From a virus (Duplodnaviria; Caudoviricetes), in IMG/VR virus record IMGVR_UViG_3300033407_000006, positions 1-64,000 of that record: a stretch of 64,000 nt of DNA; one strand, 5' to 3'. The position numbers and the translations under genes are program-made. Below, piece after piece: positions 9,734 to 18,438 of this stretch (within the stretch, counting starts at the first letter, position 1; the number at the start of each line of letters is the position of its first letter). Below the pieces are notes generated by a model, which made no database searches, was not told where the DNA came from, and worked only from the letters and a program-made list of their open reading frames with translations.

Positions 9734-9789
9734 GACCTGCGTCCTTTCGTCAACAGGCCCCCGGTGAGGGGGGCCTGTTTGCCGTCAGC

Positions 9790-11385
9790 TTATGCGTTCA
9801 CCAGCGAGAGGGTGGTGAGGTAGTCGCGTCCGTCGAAGGGCTGAAGGTCGCGGTAGGCCAGCTCCCACAGGGTGTTCTTGTACTTCAGGTCGGTCAGCAT
9901 CGAATGCTTGAACGCCATGGCCGGAACCGCATCGCCAGCCACATAGGACGCCTCGCCGATGCCGGTGCCTTTGGCGAAGCAGAGGCAGTCGTAATCGGTG
10001 CCCTGGGGGTCTTCGTAGAGATCCCACATGCCGAAGAGGCGGCCCACATAATGGGGCTGCGCAATGCGGCGGTAGCCGGGGGCGGGCTCGAAGTGGGGCA
10101 TGCGCATCGATTTGAAGATGGAGGCCGACTTGGTATCGGCCACGATACCGACGAGGCCGGATTTGCGGTTTGCGGCCAGCAGGTTCGCATCGATGGTGAG
10201 CAGGACGGCACGAAGGGTCTCGTAGTGGTCCTGGGGGCTGATGCCGGTCGCGGGCACGGTGTAATCAAAGGACTGAGATCCCTTGCGGAAGAAGTAGAGA
10301 TCCTTGAGGTGCTTGCGGTCCTTGTCGGCTGCCAGCAGGTTTCTCATGGCGGTCATTGCCATGTTATCCTGATTCAGGTTGAACTCGCGGCGCATTCCCC
10401 AAAGGGCCTGAAGGGTCGTGCTGGCGGCGATGGCGCTCTCATGGGGATACAGAACCCGGCTGTCCATCTCATGATTCACGGTGGGAATCAGGGTGGGATC
10501 TTTTTCGATGTCGATATCCACCATGACATGAACCTGGATGCCGTTGGCAGGGGCGGTGGAGAACACGGGATGCACAACGCCGGTTGCGTAGTCCACGGTT
10601 CCGGTGACGGTCAAGCCCTGGTAGGTTCCGGAGAGGTTCCCGGCGGCGTCGTCGCGGGCAATGACGTTGCGATCATGGAGAACGCGAACCGACTTCTTTT
10701 TGATCGCATGGGCAGCGCCCAGCACGGCGGTGGAGTTGAAATCGAACTCGTTGCTGGAGCCGGTGATGGTGCCGTTTCCGGTGCCGGTCAGGAAGCGCTG
10801 ATCCATGGCACTGTACTGGCCGCTGTAGGTGTCGGTGATGATGTCACCGGCGGTCAGGTCTCCGAAGGTCTTCCCGGCGATACGGTCCACCTTGAAGATC
10901 TCGGATTGATTGAATTGGCCGGGGATGAACGACACGATATTGCCGGTCACGCTTTGGAGCATGCCGGGCAGGATCAGGGCGATCATGCGATCTCGCATCA
11001 TGGCCTGGGCGCTGTCGGCGGTGTCGAGCTTTGCGCTCTCGAAGATGCCCACGCCCTTAGCGTTACCATGGGAAACCGCGATAGCGTTTTCAGTGGCGGC
11101 GTAGGCGCTCGCCAGCAGGTCGTCGGAGGGCATGCGGCCACGGGTCAGGCAGTATTGCCGCACGGCGTTGGAGTGAGTCGCCTGGATAAAGGCGGCGTTG
11201 GGACCGCAGGACTCGTAAATGGTGTGCTGAGTCTCGGCCTCAAGGCGCTCGTTGCGCTTGCCGCTCTCCAGGATGAACTTGCCGTTTTGGGGGTCGATGA
11301 CGGGCTCGACAATAGCCTTCTTCAGCTTGGTGGCCTTGTCGAGTACGTCGGCAACCTGATTATCGTACTGATCAGTTCCGCGCAT
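9790..11385 (-). CDS. Major capsid protein (P1 gp23-like)
   Basis: 531 aa; 'DIEKDPTLIPTVNHEM...YVAGDAVP...NTLWELAYRDL'; synteny. Confidence 0.85.
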   Translation of the reverse strand: MRGTDQYDNQVADVLDKATKLKKAIVEPVIDPQNGKFILESGKRNERLEAETQHTIYESCGPNAAFIQATHSNAVRQYCLTRGRMPSDDLLASAYAATENAIAVSHGNAKGVGIFESAKLDTADSAQAMMRDRMIALILPGMLQSVTGNIVSFIPGQFNQSEIFKVDRIAGKTFGDLTAGDIITDTYSGQYSAMDQRFLTGTGNGTITGSSNEFDFNSTAVLGAAHAIKKKSVRVLHDRNVIARDDAAGNLSGTYQGLTVTGTVDYATGVVHPVFSTAPANGIQVHVMVDIDIEKDPTLIPTVNHEMDSRVLYPHESAIAASTTLQALWGMRREFNLNQDNMAMTAMRNLLAADKDRKHLKDLYFFRKGSQSFDYTVPATGISPQDHYETLRAVLLTIDANLLAANRKSGLVGIVADTKSASIFKSMRMPHFEPAPGYRRIAQPHYVGRLFGMWDLYEDPQGTDYDCLCFAKGTGIGEASYVAGDAVPAMAFKHSMLTDLKYKNTLWELAYRDLQPFDGRDYLTTLSLVNA

Positions 11386-11558
11386 TGGTTTTGCTCCTTT
11401 TTCTTTGGTGGACGTTTTGCGCGGCCAACCCGCGCCACTTTACAAATCTCTTGCAGCCTACAACCCGGCGGCAAAACGGATAAACAGGCGCAAATGCAAA
11501 AGATTTCGGGCGTCTACGCGGAAAAGATCGCTGTTGCCTTCTTCTCTTCTTTTTTGTG

Positions 11559-11587
11559 TTGACATTTATACGGTGTGAGACTACTGT
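11559..11587 (+). promoter_or_regulatory. sigma70-type promoter of island 1 with palindromic operator over the -10
   Basis: TTGACA-17-TACTGT; GTGAGAC-N4-GTTTCAC; near-identical copy at 56955. Confidence 0.75.
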
Positions 11588-11593
11588 TTCACC

Positions 11594-11899
11594 ATGCGAG
11601 GCGGCAATTGGTGGGAAAGCCTACGGGCAAGTAACGCCGCGAGTTGGTGGCTCGTTAAAATCACCCGGTCTTGGGTTTCGCCAGCCCTCACCGTCACAAA
11701 CGCAGGCGCGTCGGGATGGCACGCACCCGCGAGATCCGGCAGGCAGCAGGGCCTTGACCCTGTTCCGTTCCCCCTGCCGAGAGCCTACCCGGCAAGGGGG
11801 AGAGCGGCCCCCTATGGTCCATTGTCGGCGGGTGCAATGGACAGGAGCCCCGGAAGAGGGGAATAGAGCCCGCACTTAACTTGCACTGGCAGGGGGAGC
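11594..11899 (+). ncRNA. Candidate structured 5' leader / cis-regulatory RNA
   Basis: About 300 nt with several hairpins (GTCCATTG/CAATGGAC, CAGGG/CCCTG) and an anti-SD alternative pairing. Confidence 0.4.
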
Positions 11900-12316
11900 A
11901 TGAACGACACACAAAGCAAAGCCGCAATGAAGATGGTTTTTGAGATGGGGATCGCCCTTGGCGCGATTAGCGGCGACAAGCGGCTGACCCTGATACAGGA
12001 CGGGAAGGGGGATGTTCGTTGGCTCATTGATAATGCAACCCGGTTCAAGGTTCCGGGCGGGTCCATCATCGAACTGATTTGCCGCGAAGGAGAAGACCCG
12101 AAAAAGCACTTCGGCGACATCTACGAAGCCCTTGTCGCGTTCTGGCCTGTCGATAACGACTTGGCCGGATTCGAGTCTCGGGCTGCGGGGCTGTTGAGGG
12201 ATCTGTGGTTGGTAGAGCGTTCGCTAGGGCTTACCGATGCCGTGCGCTTGGCGCAGGAATTGACAACGGCCCTGTCGGCCAAGCGGAAGGAGGGCAACCA
12301 TGCAGCAGCCTCCTGA
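11900..12316 (+). CDS. Hypothetical protein (island 1)
   Basis: 138 aa, RBS GGGGGAG. Confidence 0.65.
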   Translation: MNDTQSKAAMKMVFEMGIALGAISGDKRLTLIQDGKGDVRWLIDNATRFKVPGGSIIELICREGEDPKKHFGDIYEALVAFWPVDNDLAGFESRAAGLLRDLWLVERSLGLTDAVRLAQELTTALSAKRKEGNHAAAS

Positions 12317-12503
12317 GTGCCCCGTCTGCAAGGAAGCCATGACCTTCGTTCATGGCTGCGGTTGGGACTATGACCGCTGGTTTTGTACCAATATGGTCGG
12401 CAGGTTCGAGCTTTGTTCGGAGGAAATAGAGCTTGACGAATCGACGTACCCGGAAGGCGTCGGTGACGTGTCCGGGCTTGGACCGAAAGAGCGGAGGAAA
12501 TAG
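12300..12503 (+). CDS. Small Zn-ribbon-like protein
   Basis: CPVC...C motifs, RBS GGAGG. Confidence 0.6.
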   Translation: MQQPPECPVCKEAMTFVHGCGWDYDRWFCTNMVGRFELCSEEIELDESTYPEGVGDVSGLGPKERRK

Positions 12504-12567
12504 GGGCCTCTTCGCCCTTTTGCGTATCAAAACCAGTAAAAATGAGAAACAAGGGAGGTTGTGTATC

Positions 12568-12828
12568 ATGGGTGAAGCACAAGAGACTGAAAAGACCGAC
12601 ACTATTTTCGTTTTGGCCCGCAATATCGCCGACGCAAAGGCCTATGCACATAAGCGCAGGTTTGGTTTTTCTAGAATGGTTTACGTCACACGGGTGAGCA
12701 AGATGAAGTCAATCAGCGGGAAAGCGCTCCATGTCGTCAATGGGGCACAGAATCGCGGCGATTATTCTAGGCTGCTGGAGGAAGCCAGAAAACATAACAT
12801 TCAAATCCGACTTGTGGAATGCCCTTAG
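12568..12828 (+). CDS. Hypothetical protein (island 1)
   Basis: RBS GGGAGG before the ATG at 12568; followed by a terminator. Confidence 0.55.
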   Translation: MGEAQETEKTDTIFVLARNIADAKAYAHKRRFGFSRMVYVTRVSKMKSISGKALHVVNGAQNRGDYSRLLEEARKHNIQIRLVECP

Positions 12829-12857
12829 ACCGATAGGGTATCTCTTTCTCTTTCCTC

Positions 12858-12886
12858 AAAGGGCCTTGCGAACAAGGCCCTTTTTT
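12858..12886. terminator. Bidirectional intrinsic terminator
   Basis: AAAGGGCCTTG-CGAA-CAAGGCCCTTTTTT between convergent genes. Confidence 0.85.
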
Positions 12887-12894
12887 ATTCCTGT

Positions 12895-13797
12895 CTACAT
12901 CGGCGCGCTCGGCGTCGAGGTCGTCCCGCCGCCGTCGCCCGTCTCCTGGTGCGTGTGCGTATTGTAAACGCCCCTCATAGCCGCCATGGTCCCGGTCGGG
13001 TCGGAAACGCTCGTTGCCGAAGAGAGCGCCCCGGTCACAACGGCTGTCCCGGCCACGGTCAACGCTCCCTGAACGGCCAAGTTCCCGCTGCACGTTGTCT
13101 GCGGAGCCGTCAAGTTGACGCTGGTTGCCGTTACCGTGGCGGTTTCCGTGGTAACGCTTGTGCTGCCCGTGATATCCGCCGTCAAGTTGCCCGTGACGGC
13201 GGCATCCACGTTGCCGCCCACGGTAATTTCGGCGTTCCCTTCGGCTGAAGCGTACAAATCGCCTTGGCCGTGAATGATGATGTTCCCGTCCTTGTCGATA
13301 GCGATCTCTGACCCGGTGGCCCGGTGGACGACGGAGACAGCCCCTTGCCGCTTGACCTGGATCGAAATGCCGTGCTGAGTGAAAACAACGTCCTCATGGT
13401 AGGCGCTCGGGTCCGGCGCAGGCTGGCCCCCCGTGCGCGAGTGCTCATGCGCTTGCGCCCCGGAGAACGCTTCGTGGGGAACGTCCGGCACCTTGCCCGG
13501 CGCGAAGTGCATAGAGCCGGTGATCCTCGGGCGGCGGGTATCGCCTTGGTACGGGAAATCGACCCAGATCCAATCACCCGTTTTCACCGGGCAGAATCCG
13601 CCCTCGTTGGCCCTGGCCCCCAGGGGTAGCCGGTATTCGGCCCAGGGGAGGCCGCTCTTGGGAACGTCGTCGGGGAAGATGCCCACGGGTCGGACTTGAA
13701 CGCGCAACATCCCTTCCGGGTCATCCACGCTGACCACTTGCGCCGGAACCTCGCCGAAGACGCGGCTTGTTTCGGCCTTGTCGTGCTGTTTTTTCAT
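12895..13797 (-). CDS. Baseplate spike/gpV (P1 gp5-like)
   Basis: OB-fold 'DDPEGMLRVQVR...LPWA...GDWIWVDF..GDTRRP' plus beta-helix and 'HTH' tip. Confidence 0.9.
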   Translation of the reverse strand: MKKQHDKAETSRVFGEVPAQVVSVDDPEGMLRVQVRPVGIFPDDVPKSGLPWAEYRLPLGARANEGGFCPVKTGDWIWVDFPYQGDTRRPRITGSMHFAPGKVPDVPHEAFSGAQAHEHSRTGGQPAPDPSAYHEDVVFTQHGISIQVKRQGAVSVVHRATGSEIAIDKDGNIIIHGQGDLYASAEGNAEITVGGNVDAAVTGNLTADITGSTSVTTETATVTATSVNLTAPQTTCSGNLAVQGALTVAGTAVVTGALSSATSVSDPTGTMAAMRGVYNTHTHQETGDGGGTTSTPSAPM

Positions 13798-14762
13798 AGG
13801 ACGGCCCCTTTCACCCGGCAGACGTATTTCTGCGATTGGTAATGGTGCGCCACGGACTCCACAAGCACCTTCTCGGGCACGGACTCATCCAATGGGCTAT
13901 CCACACGCTCCACGGCAAAGCGAAGCGCCAGTGTCAGCCCTGGAGCAATGCCTCCGTTCCCGCTGGCGGTGAAATCGATAGCCGGGACCGGAAGGGTCCA
14001 GTGATTGTCGAGCGCAAACGGCGTCCGGCAGGGAAGGAACTCTTCAGGTTCGCCCCGGCCCTTGCTGCCCCGCACTGGCCCCCGCACCATGTCCCAGCCG
14101 ATGTACTGCCGGTCAATGCGGTCCCGAATCAACGAGGCCGCTCCGGGAAGGCTGTAGTGCGCGACGGAAAGCGGCTCCCTCGGGGCGTTGTGAAAGTAGG
14201 TCATGGCGGCTTCGGCGGCGAAGAGATCCGCCAGGGCCTCGAAGTGCAGAACCCCGCGCCGGTAGAAACAAGCCGCGCCGTTTTCCGTCGCCATTTGCCT
14301 CAGCAGCTTCGTGGGCCGCATTCCTGGCAAGAGGTGATAGGTCGCCTCCGGGAAGCGCCCGGCCTGATGCTTACCCGGCACCAGTTGAGCCAGGATGGTC
14401 TTGATGGGTTTGCGGGCGAAGAGCTGCGCCTTCTTGGCCGGTTGCTTCAGTGCCCAAACGGTGCTCTCGAACCCCTGGAAGGTCACATAGTCGCCTTTGA
14501 CAACCGGCGTCGTGGTCGTGAGGCTGAAAACGCGGTCAAGCTGATCCTCGCCGAAGCGGTCTGAAAGAAAAACCTCGAACTCATCCCCTGCAACGACGCG
14601 GAGATCGTCCCGGAAGAGCCGGTAGGGGTCTCTCAGGGTGAACTCGAATCTCGGCCCGGACAGATCCATGGTCTCCACCAGCGTGAAGGAACTCAGCCAC
14701 GACAGATCCAGGTCTTGCCCGCTGCGCTTATGGGTGATTCGCTGGACGAGGATGTCCGCCAT
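13794..14762 (-). CDS. Baseplate hub (P1 gp6-like)
   Basis: 322 aa; syntenic with gp5. Confidence 0.7.
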   Translation of the reverse strand: MADILVQRITHKRSGQDLDLSWLSSFTLVETMDLSGPRFEFTLRDPYRLFRDDLRVVAGDEFEVFLSDRFGEDQLDRVFSLTTTTPVVKGDYVTFQGFESTVWALKQPAKKAQLFARKPIKTILAQLVPGKHQAGRFPEATYHLLPGMRPTKLLRQMATENGAACFYRRGVLHFEALADLFAAEAAMTYFHNAPREPLSVAHYSLPGAASLIRDRIDRQYIGWDMVRGPVRGSKGRGEPEEFLPCRTPFALDNHWTLPVPAIDFTASGNGGIAPGLTLALRFAVERVDSPLDESVPEKVLVESVAHHYQSQKYVCRVKGAVL

Positions 14763-15448
14763 TACCGTATGAACTCCGTCATGTTGAAGATGACCGTCAC
14801 CGGGTCCGCCGGGGTCGCGCCTTCGCCGAAAATGAGCTGCGTGTTGACCGTCAAGGACGTTGAGACCATGAACAGCCGCCCCTCGCTGCGCTGCTTGCTC
14901 TCGTCGGTGAGCAATACGGCCTTGTGGTCATTGATCGCCGCCCGGACATCGAACACGTCCGCTCCCAAGCGATAGGGCACGGTGAAGGCGTCATTGAACG
15001 CGGCATGGCGATACCACGCCAAGCACAGCTTATCCAGGGAGGGCTTATCCCATGAGGCGAAGCGCAAGGTGTATTCCAGTTGACAGGGCAGGACTTCGAG
15101 CTGGTAGGCGTTGCTCAGGGCGTCGTTGTAGCCCCAGCGGCCCCGGACGTTTCCATACTGATCCCCGTTGGTCAGGCCCGGCTTGCGGGTGTAGTAGGCC
15201 AGCGGGAGATCCACGGCGTTTGTGGTCTTCCCGTCAGCGGCGCGGGCCCCGGCCTTCTGCTTCAGCACGGCCTTGAGGACATCGGCGGGCATATCCCCGT
15301 CGTAGCGGAAGATCTGCCGATTCGTGGGCCGGGCAAGAAATCCCTGCCATTCCTTCGGCCCGGTGTTCGGGTTGTGCCCGGTGAAGGCGGCGGCAATGTA
15401 AGCACCTATGGCGAAATCGACGGCCTGGAGTTCGCTGGTTTCGATCAT
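14762..15448 (-). CDS. P1 gp24-like tail/baseplate protein
   Basis: 228 aa; synteny 5-6-24-7-25. Confidence 0.6.
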   Translation of the reverse strand: MIETSELQAVDFAIGAYIAAAFTGHNPNTGPKEWQGFLARPTNRQIFRYDGDMPADVLKAVLKQKAGARAADGKTTNAVDLPLAYYTRKPGLTNGDQYGNVRGRWGYNDALSNAYQLEVLPCQLEYTLRFASWDKPSLDKLCLAWYRHAAFNDAFTVPYRLGADVFDVRAAINDHKAVLLTDESKQRSEGRLFMVSTSLTVNTQLIFGEGATPADPVTVIFNMTEFIR

Positions 15449-15945
15449 GGCGTGTTCCTTTCACCGTCGCCGAAGGCCCGGAACGGGACGCAGAAGTGCT
15501 TTTTCCAGATATGCGGGGCGCTGCCTATGGCCTCGCTGTTCTGAACGTAGTAGTTGACGATCACGGCCTCGTCCTGGTTGACGTATTCCTCGAACTGGAT
15601 AACGGTCTGCTTCGGCACGTCGTTTTCACTCAGCAGCAGGAGGATCGGCTCATCGGTCTGCCCGTCGTTTTCGTCGCCGCCGTCATCCACCAGCCCCATG
15701 GCGAAGGGAGACGGCAGGCGCACGCGCACGGCCCGCGCTTCGATGGGGTCGCGGTATTCCATGTGCCGCTCATCCAGGTCCAGCGCCCCGACGACATCGG
15801 CGTTTTCGGCCACGGTTTCGGCGGTCGAATAATCAGGAACGAACAGCAGCACCTCGAAGGCGTCCGGGTGCATGTCGATATGCGTTTGCAGGTTCGACTT
15901 TACGGCGGCTGCCGTATCGCGGTAATCCCTCGGCTTCAAGGTCAT
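15445..15945 (-). CDS. P1 gp7-like tail stability/head-closure protein
   Basis: 166 aa, 'HPDAFEVLLF'; synteny. Confidence 0.6.
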   Translation of the reverse strand: MTLKPRDYRDTAAAVKSNLQTHIDMHPDAFEVLLFVPDYSTAETVAENADVVGALDLDERHMEYRDPIEARAVRVRLPSPFAMGLVDDGGDENDGQTDEPILLLLSENDVPKQTVIQFEEYVNQDEAVIVNYYVQNSEAIGSAPHIWKKHFCVPFRAFGDGERNTP

Positions 15946-17138
15946 AGCAGCCCCTCATCCTTGGCTATCTGCATCAGGTCGTCTTTGGATGCCCCAGGCG
16001 TGTTCTTTACCAAGTTATCGATCATCGTCTCCAGCGGGGCCCCGGTCGCCGCCAGGGTCTTGAGAATGCCGGTCCACTGGTTGCGGACCTGCGTTTGCAG
16101 CCGCCTGCGCTCTTCGATCTCCCTCTTCGCAACCTTCTCGGCTACGGCCCTCTCCATTTTGGCCCGCATTGCTTTCTTGTTCGCCTCCCTGAGTCGTTCC
16201 TGTGCGTCTTTGGTGGCCTTGCTCGATGCTTTCCGGGCAAAGGCCTCTTGAGCCTTCTTGTAGAGCTGCCATTCCTTTTGTGCTTCCTGCTCTTCAAACT
16301 GCTTCCGGGCTCGCTCTGTCTTCTTGACCTCATCTTTCTTGAGGTACTTGGCGACGCGCTTCGGGTCGCCGGTGAAGGAAACCGCCGCGCTCTGCTCTTC
16401 GAGCTTCTTGGCGAGAATCCCTTGGACGGACGGCGATTGCAGCATGCTGATGCACTTCAGGACGTGCTTGCAGCAGGCCCCGCGCAGCTTGGGATTTCGG
16501 ATTTTCGGAAAGGCATGCTCGAAGGGCCGCAGGGCGAAGCCGCCGATGGTGGCGATGTACCGATACCAGTATTGATGCCGCCCGCAGTCGCAGTCAAAAG
16601 AGATCCGCCCCTTGGCGACGCGCCGCGCTGCCGGAAGGGGGGCTTCGATGCCGGTCACGGCGCTGTTCCACTCTTCGAGGCGGATTCTTACCTGATGGTG
16701 ACGGTGCTCGCTGCGGTCTGAGGCGTTGACCCGAAAATGCGTCTCATCCCCCCGGACGGCGTAGAGGACGGCGGTGCGGATGCCGCTGCCGTCCTTGACC
16801 CGGTTATTCGCCCTGGCGAGGTCGATAGACTGGCTGGCGGATACCAGTTGCAGCGCCGGGACGCCCTTTGTGTCTTTGCCGAACTTCTTTGCGGCGGCAT
16901 CCGCCTCTTTGGCGAACTTCTGGAGATCCTGAAGGCTGTACTGAACCGTGAGCCCCTGCCGCCCGTAATCCAGCACCAGATCTTTGCCGGACTTGAGGTG
17001 CTTTCGCAGCAGGGTCGGGGTCAGCGTCCCGACGGCCTGGGTCCGCTTCTCGCTCTTGGCGGATCGGACGGCTTTGAATTGGCGGGAGAACCGCTTGAAA
17101 TCGTCCTGGGTGTATTCGCGGTTCGTCTTCAGGGCCAC
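15942..17138 (-). CDS. P1 gp25-like protein with SWIM-type Zn finger
   Basis: 'FDCDCGRHQYWYRYIATIGG...CCKHVL'. Confidence 0.75.
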   Translation of the reverse strand: MALKTNREYTQDDFKRFSRQFKAVRSAKSEKRTQAVGTLTPTLLRKHLKSGKDLVLDYGRQGLTVQYSLQDLQKFAKEADAAAKKFGKDTKGVPALQLVSASQSIDLARANNRVKDGSGIRTAVLYAVRGDETHFRVNASDRSEHRHHQVRIRLEEWNSAVTGIEAPLPAARRVAKGRISFDCDCGRHQYWYRYIATIGGFALRPFEHAFPKIRNPKLRGACCKHVLKCISMLQSPSVQGILAKKLEEQSAAVSFTGDPKRVAKYLKKDEVKKTERARKQFEEQEAQKEWQLYKKAQEAFARKASSKATKDAQERLREANKKAMRAKMERAVAEKVAKREIEERRRLQTQVRNQWTGILKTLAATGAPLETMIDNLVKNTPGASKDDLMQIAKDEGLL

Positions 17139-17141
17139 GGG

Positions 17142-17417
17142 TTATTTCCCGTCACGCTCGTAAAGCGCCTGCCTGAGATAGACGGTCAAGTCGAGGGCTT
17201 CCTGATAGGCGTCCTTGAGCACGTCGCGCCCGTTGTGGGCCCGGAGTCGAACGCCGTGCTTCTTCTCGCCCATCTTGTCGCGCTCATCGATATCTTTGAG
17301 AACGAGATCCCACATGAACGGGCTTTCGCTGGGGATGGACTTGGGCTGCTTCTCGTTGTTGCTGGAGCAGGTGCAGTTCCCGCCGCAGCCGGTGATGGGG
17401 TTAGTCAACAAGTTCAT
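17142..17417 (-). CDS. Phage protein, MazG/NTP-PPase-like helical family
   Basis: 'RDKMGEKKHG..L...NGRDVLKDAYQEALDL..YL' common phage motif. Confidence 0.55.
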   Translation of the reverse strand: MNLLTNPITGCGGNCTCSSNNEKQPKSIPSESPFMWDLVLKDIDERDKMGEKKHGVRLRAHNGRDVLKDAYQEALDLTVYLRQALYERDGK

Positions 17418-17430
17418 TTCTCCTTCTCGT

Positions 17431-17673
17431 TCACCTTTGAGGCGTGAAGGCTTGCGTAGCACGGGCACGAAGCTGGCTCTGAACATCCGGCAGGCTCATT
17501 TGCTCCTGCGTAGGCACGACGCGCATTCTCACAGGGTTTTCCTCTTTGCTGTCCAGCGTCCACCGGCTTTCGCATTTTCGGCACCTCGCTACAACGTCAA
17601 CCTTCTTTTCGCCGTAATAGTCGATCCTGCCGTCGCACAGGGCACAGCAGGGCACTTCCTTAACCTCGCCCAT
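17431..17673 (-). CDS. Zn-ribbon hypothetical protein
   Basis: CALC...CRKC. Confidence 0.55.
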   Translation of the reverse strand: MGEVKEVPCCALCDGRIDYYGEKKVDVVARCRKCESRWTLDSKEENPVRMRVVPTQEQMSLPDVQSQLRARATQAFTPQR

Positions 17674-17838
17674 GTTGCCGCAGCAGTCGTTTCCGCTGGC
17701 GCTTGCTCATGCCGTCACCGTCAGGCCGGGTCGGTATCTCAACCGATCTGGGCAGAGTCGCGGGCGGCATGGTGCGCACGGGCGGGGCCGGGTGCGCATT
17801 GGCGGCAAGGCCGATCCAGAGCATGAGGGTTGCGATCA

Positions 17839-18285
17839 TCAGAAAGCCTTTCCGTGCAGATAGGGGCGGGCCGCGTTCTTCTCGATCTTCGTCAGCAGCG
17901 CCGTTGCCAGCAGGCCGCCCTGCCCATTGCCCCCGGCATAGGAGAAGACGCGGATCAGGATGTCCGCCAGCTCTTCATAGAGTTTTTCACGATCCGCCAC
18001 GCTGGAGCCGTCGCGGTAGCCTTCGGCCTCCTTGCGATACGTCTCGAACTCCTGCACCAGCATCCGCAGCCCCTTGATGAACGCCGCCGTTACCGGGTTC
18101 TCGGGCAGCGTCAGATGCTCCAGGGCCTCGGCAACCTCCGTAGCTACCAGCGCAACCTGTGTCCCGTGTTGGCCGGTATCGAAACCCTTGCTCTTGGCGA
18201 TGCTGCCGCAGAGTTCGCACAGGTCCGAGATCTGGTAAAAGATGGACCCGAGACTTTCGGGTATCACCGCTTGTTCTTGGCTCAT
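17839..18285 (-). CDS. MazG-like nucleotide pyrophosphohydrolase
   Basis: 'LVATEVAEALE...EELADILIRVF'. Confidence 0.75.
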   Translation of the reverse strand: MSQEQAVIPESLGSIFYQISDLCELCGSIAKSKGFDTGQHGTQVALVATEVAEALEHLTLPENPVTAAFIKGLRMLVQEFETYRKEAEGYRDGSSVADREKLYEELADILIRVFSYAGGNGQGGLLATALLTKIEKNAARPYLHGKAF

Positions 18286-18377
18286 TTTCCCCTCCGGGCT
18301 TTCTTGAGGTCACAACCGCAAGTCGGGCAAAGGCGCTTCTCCTTGGCGACCTTCTTGCTGCATTCAGGGCATTTCAC
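18282..18377 (-). CDS. Mini zinc-ribbon protein (31 aa)
   Basis: VKCPECSKKVAKEKRLCPTCG; RBS AAGGAG; stop overlaps next start. Confidence 0.5.
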   Translation of the reverse strand: MKCPECSKKVAKEKRLCPTCGCDLKKARRGK

Positions 18378-18438
18378 GATGTCAGTTCTCCTTATCTAGC
18401 ACAGCCGGGCCGCTGCGCGAAACAGGGCCGGGCTCCGT

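Noticed and set aside
9904-11562. Long plus-strand ORFs (552 aa here; also 55366-56898, 60916-63096, 40984-42426, 42243-43553, 49145-50545)
   Set aside because: Antisense shadows of real high-GC minus-strand genes; no motifs or RBS
11600-11645. c-di-GMP/GEMM riboswitch or P1 c4 RNA in the island-1 leader
   Set aside because: Only a partial GTGGGA..AAGCC resemblance; the diagnostic GGCAAA/GNRA-receptor elements were not found
11636-11667. attC-like TAAC...GTTA in the island-1 leader
   Set aside because: Too short and lacks L boxes and the standard spacers
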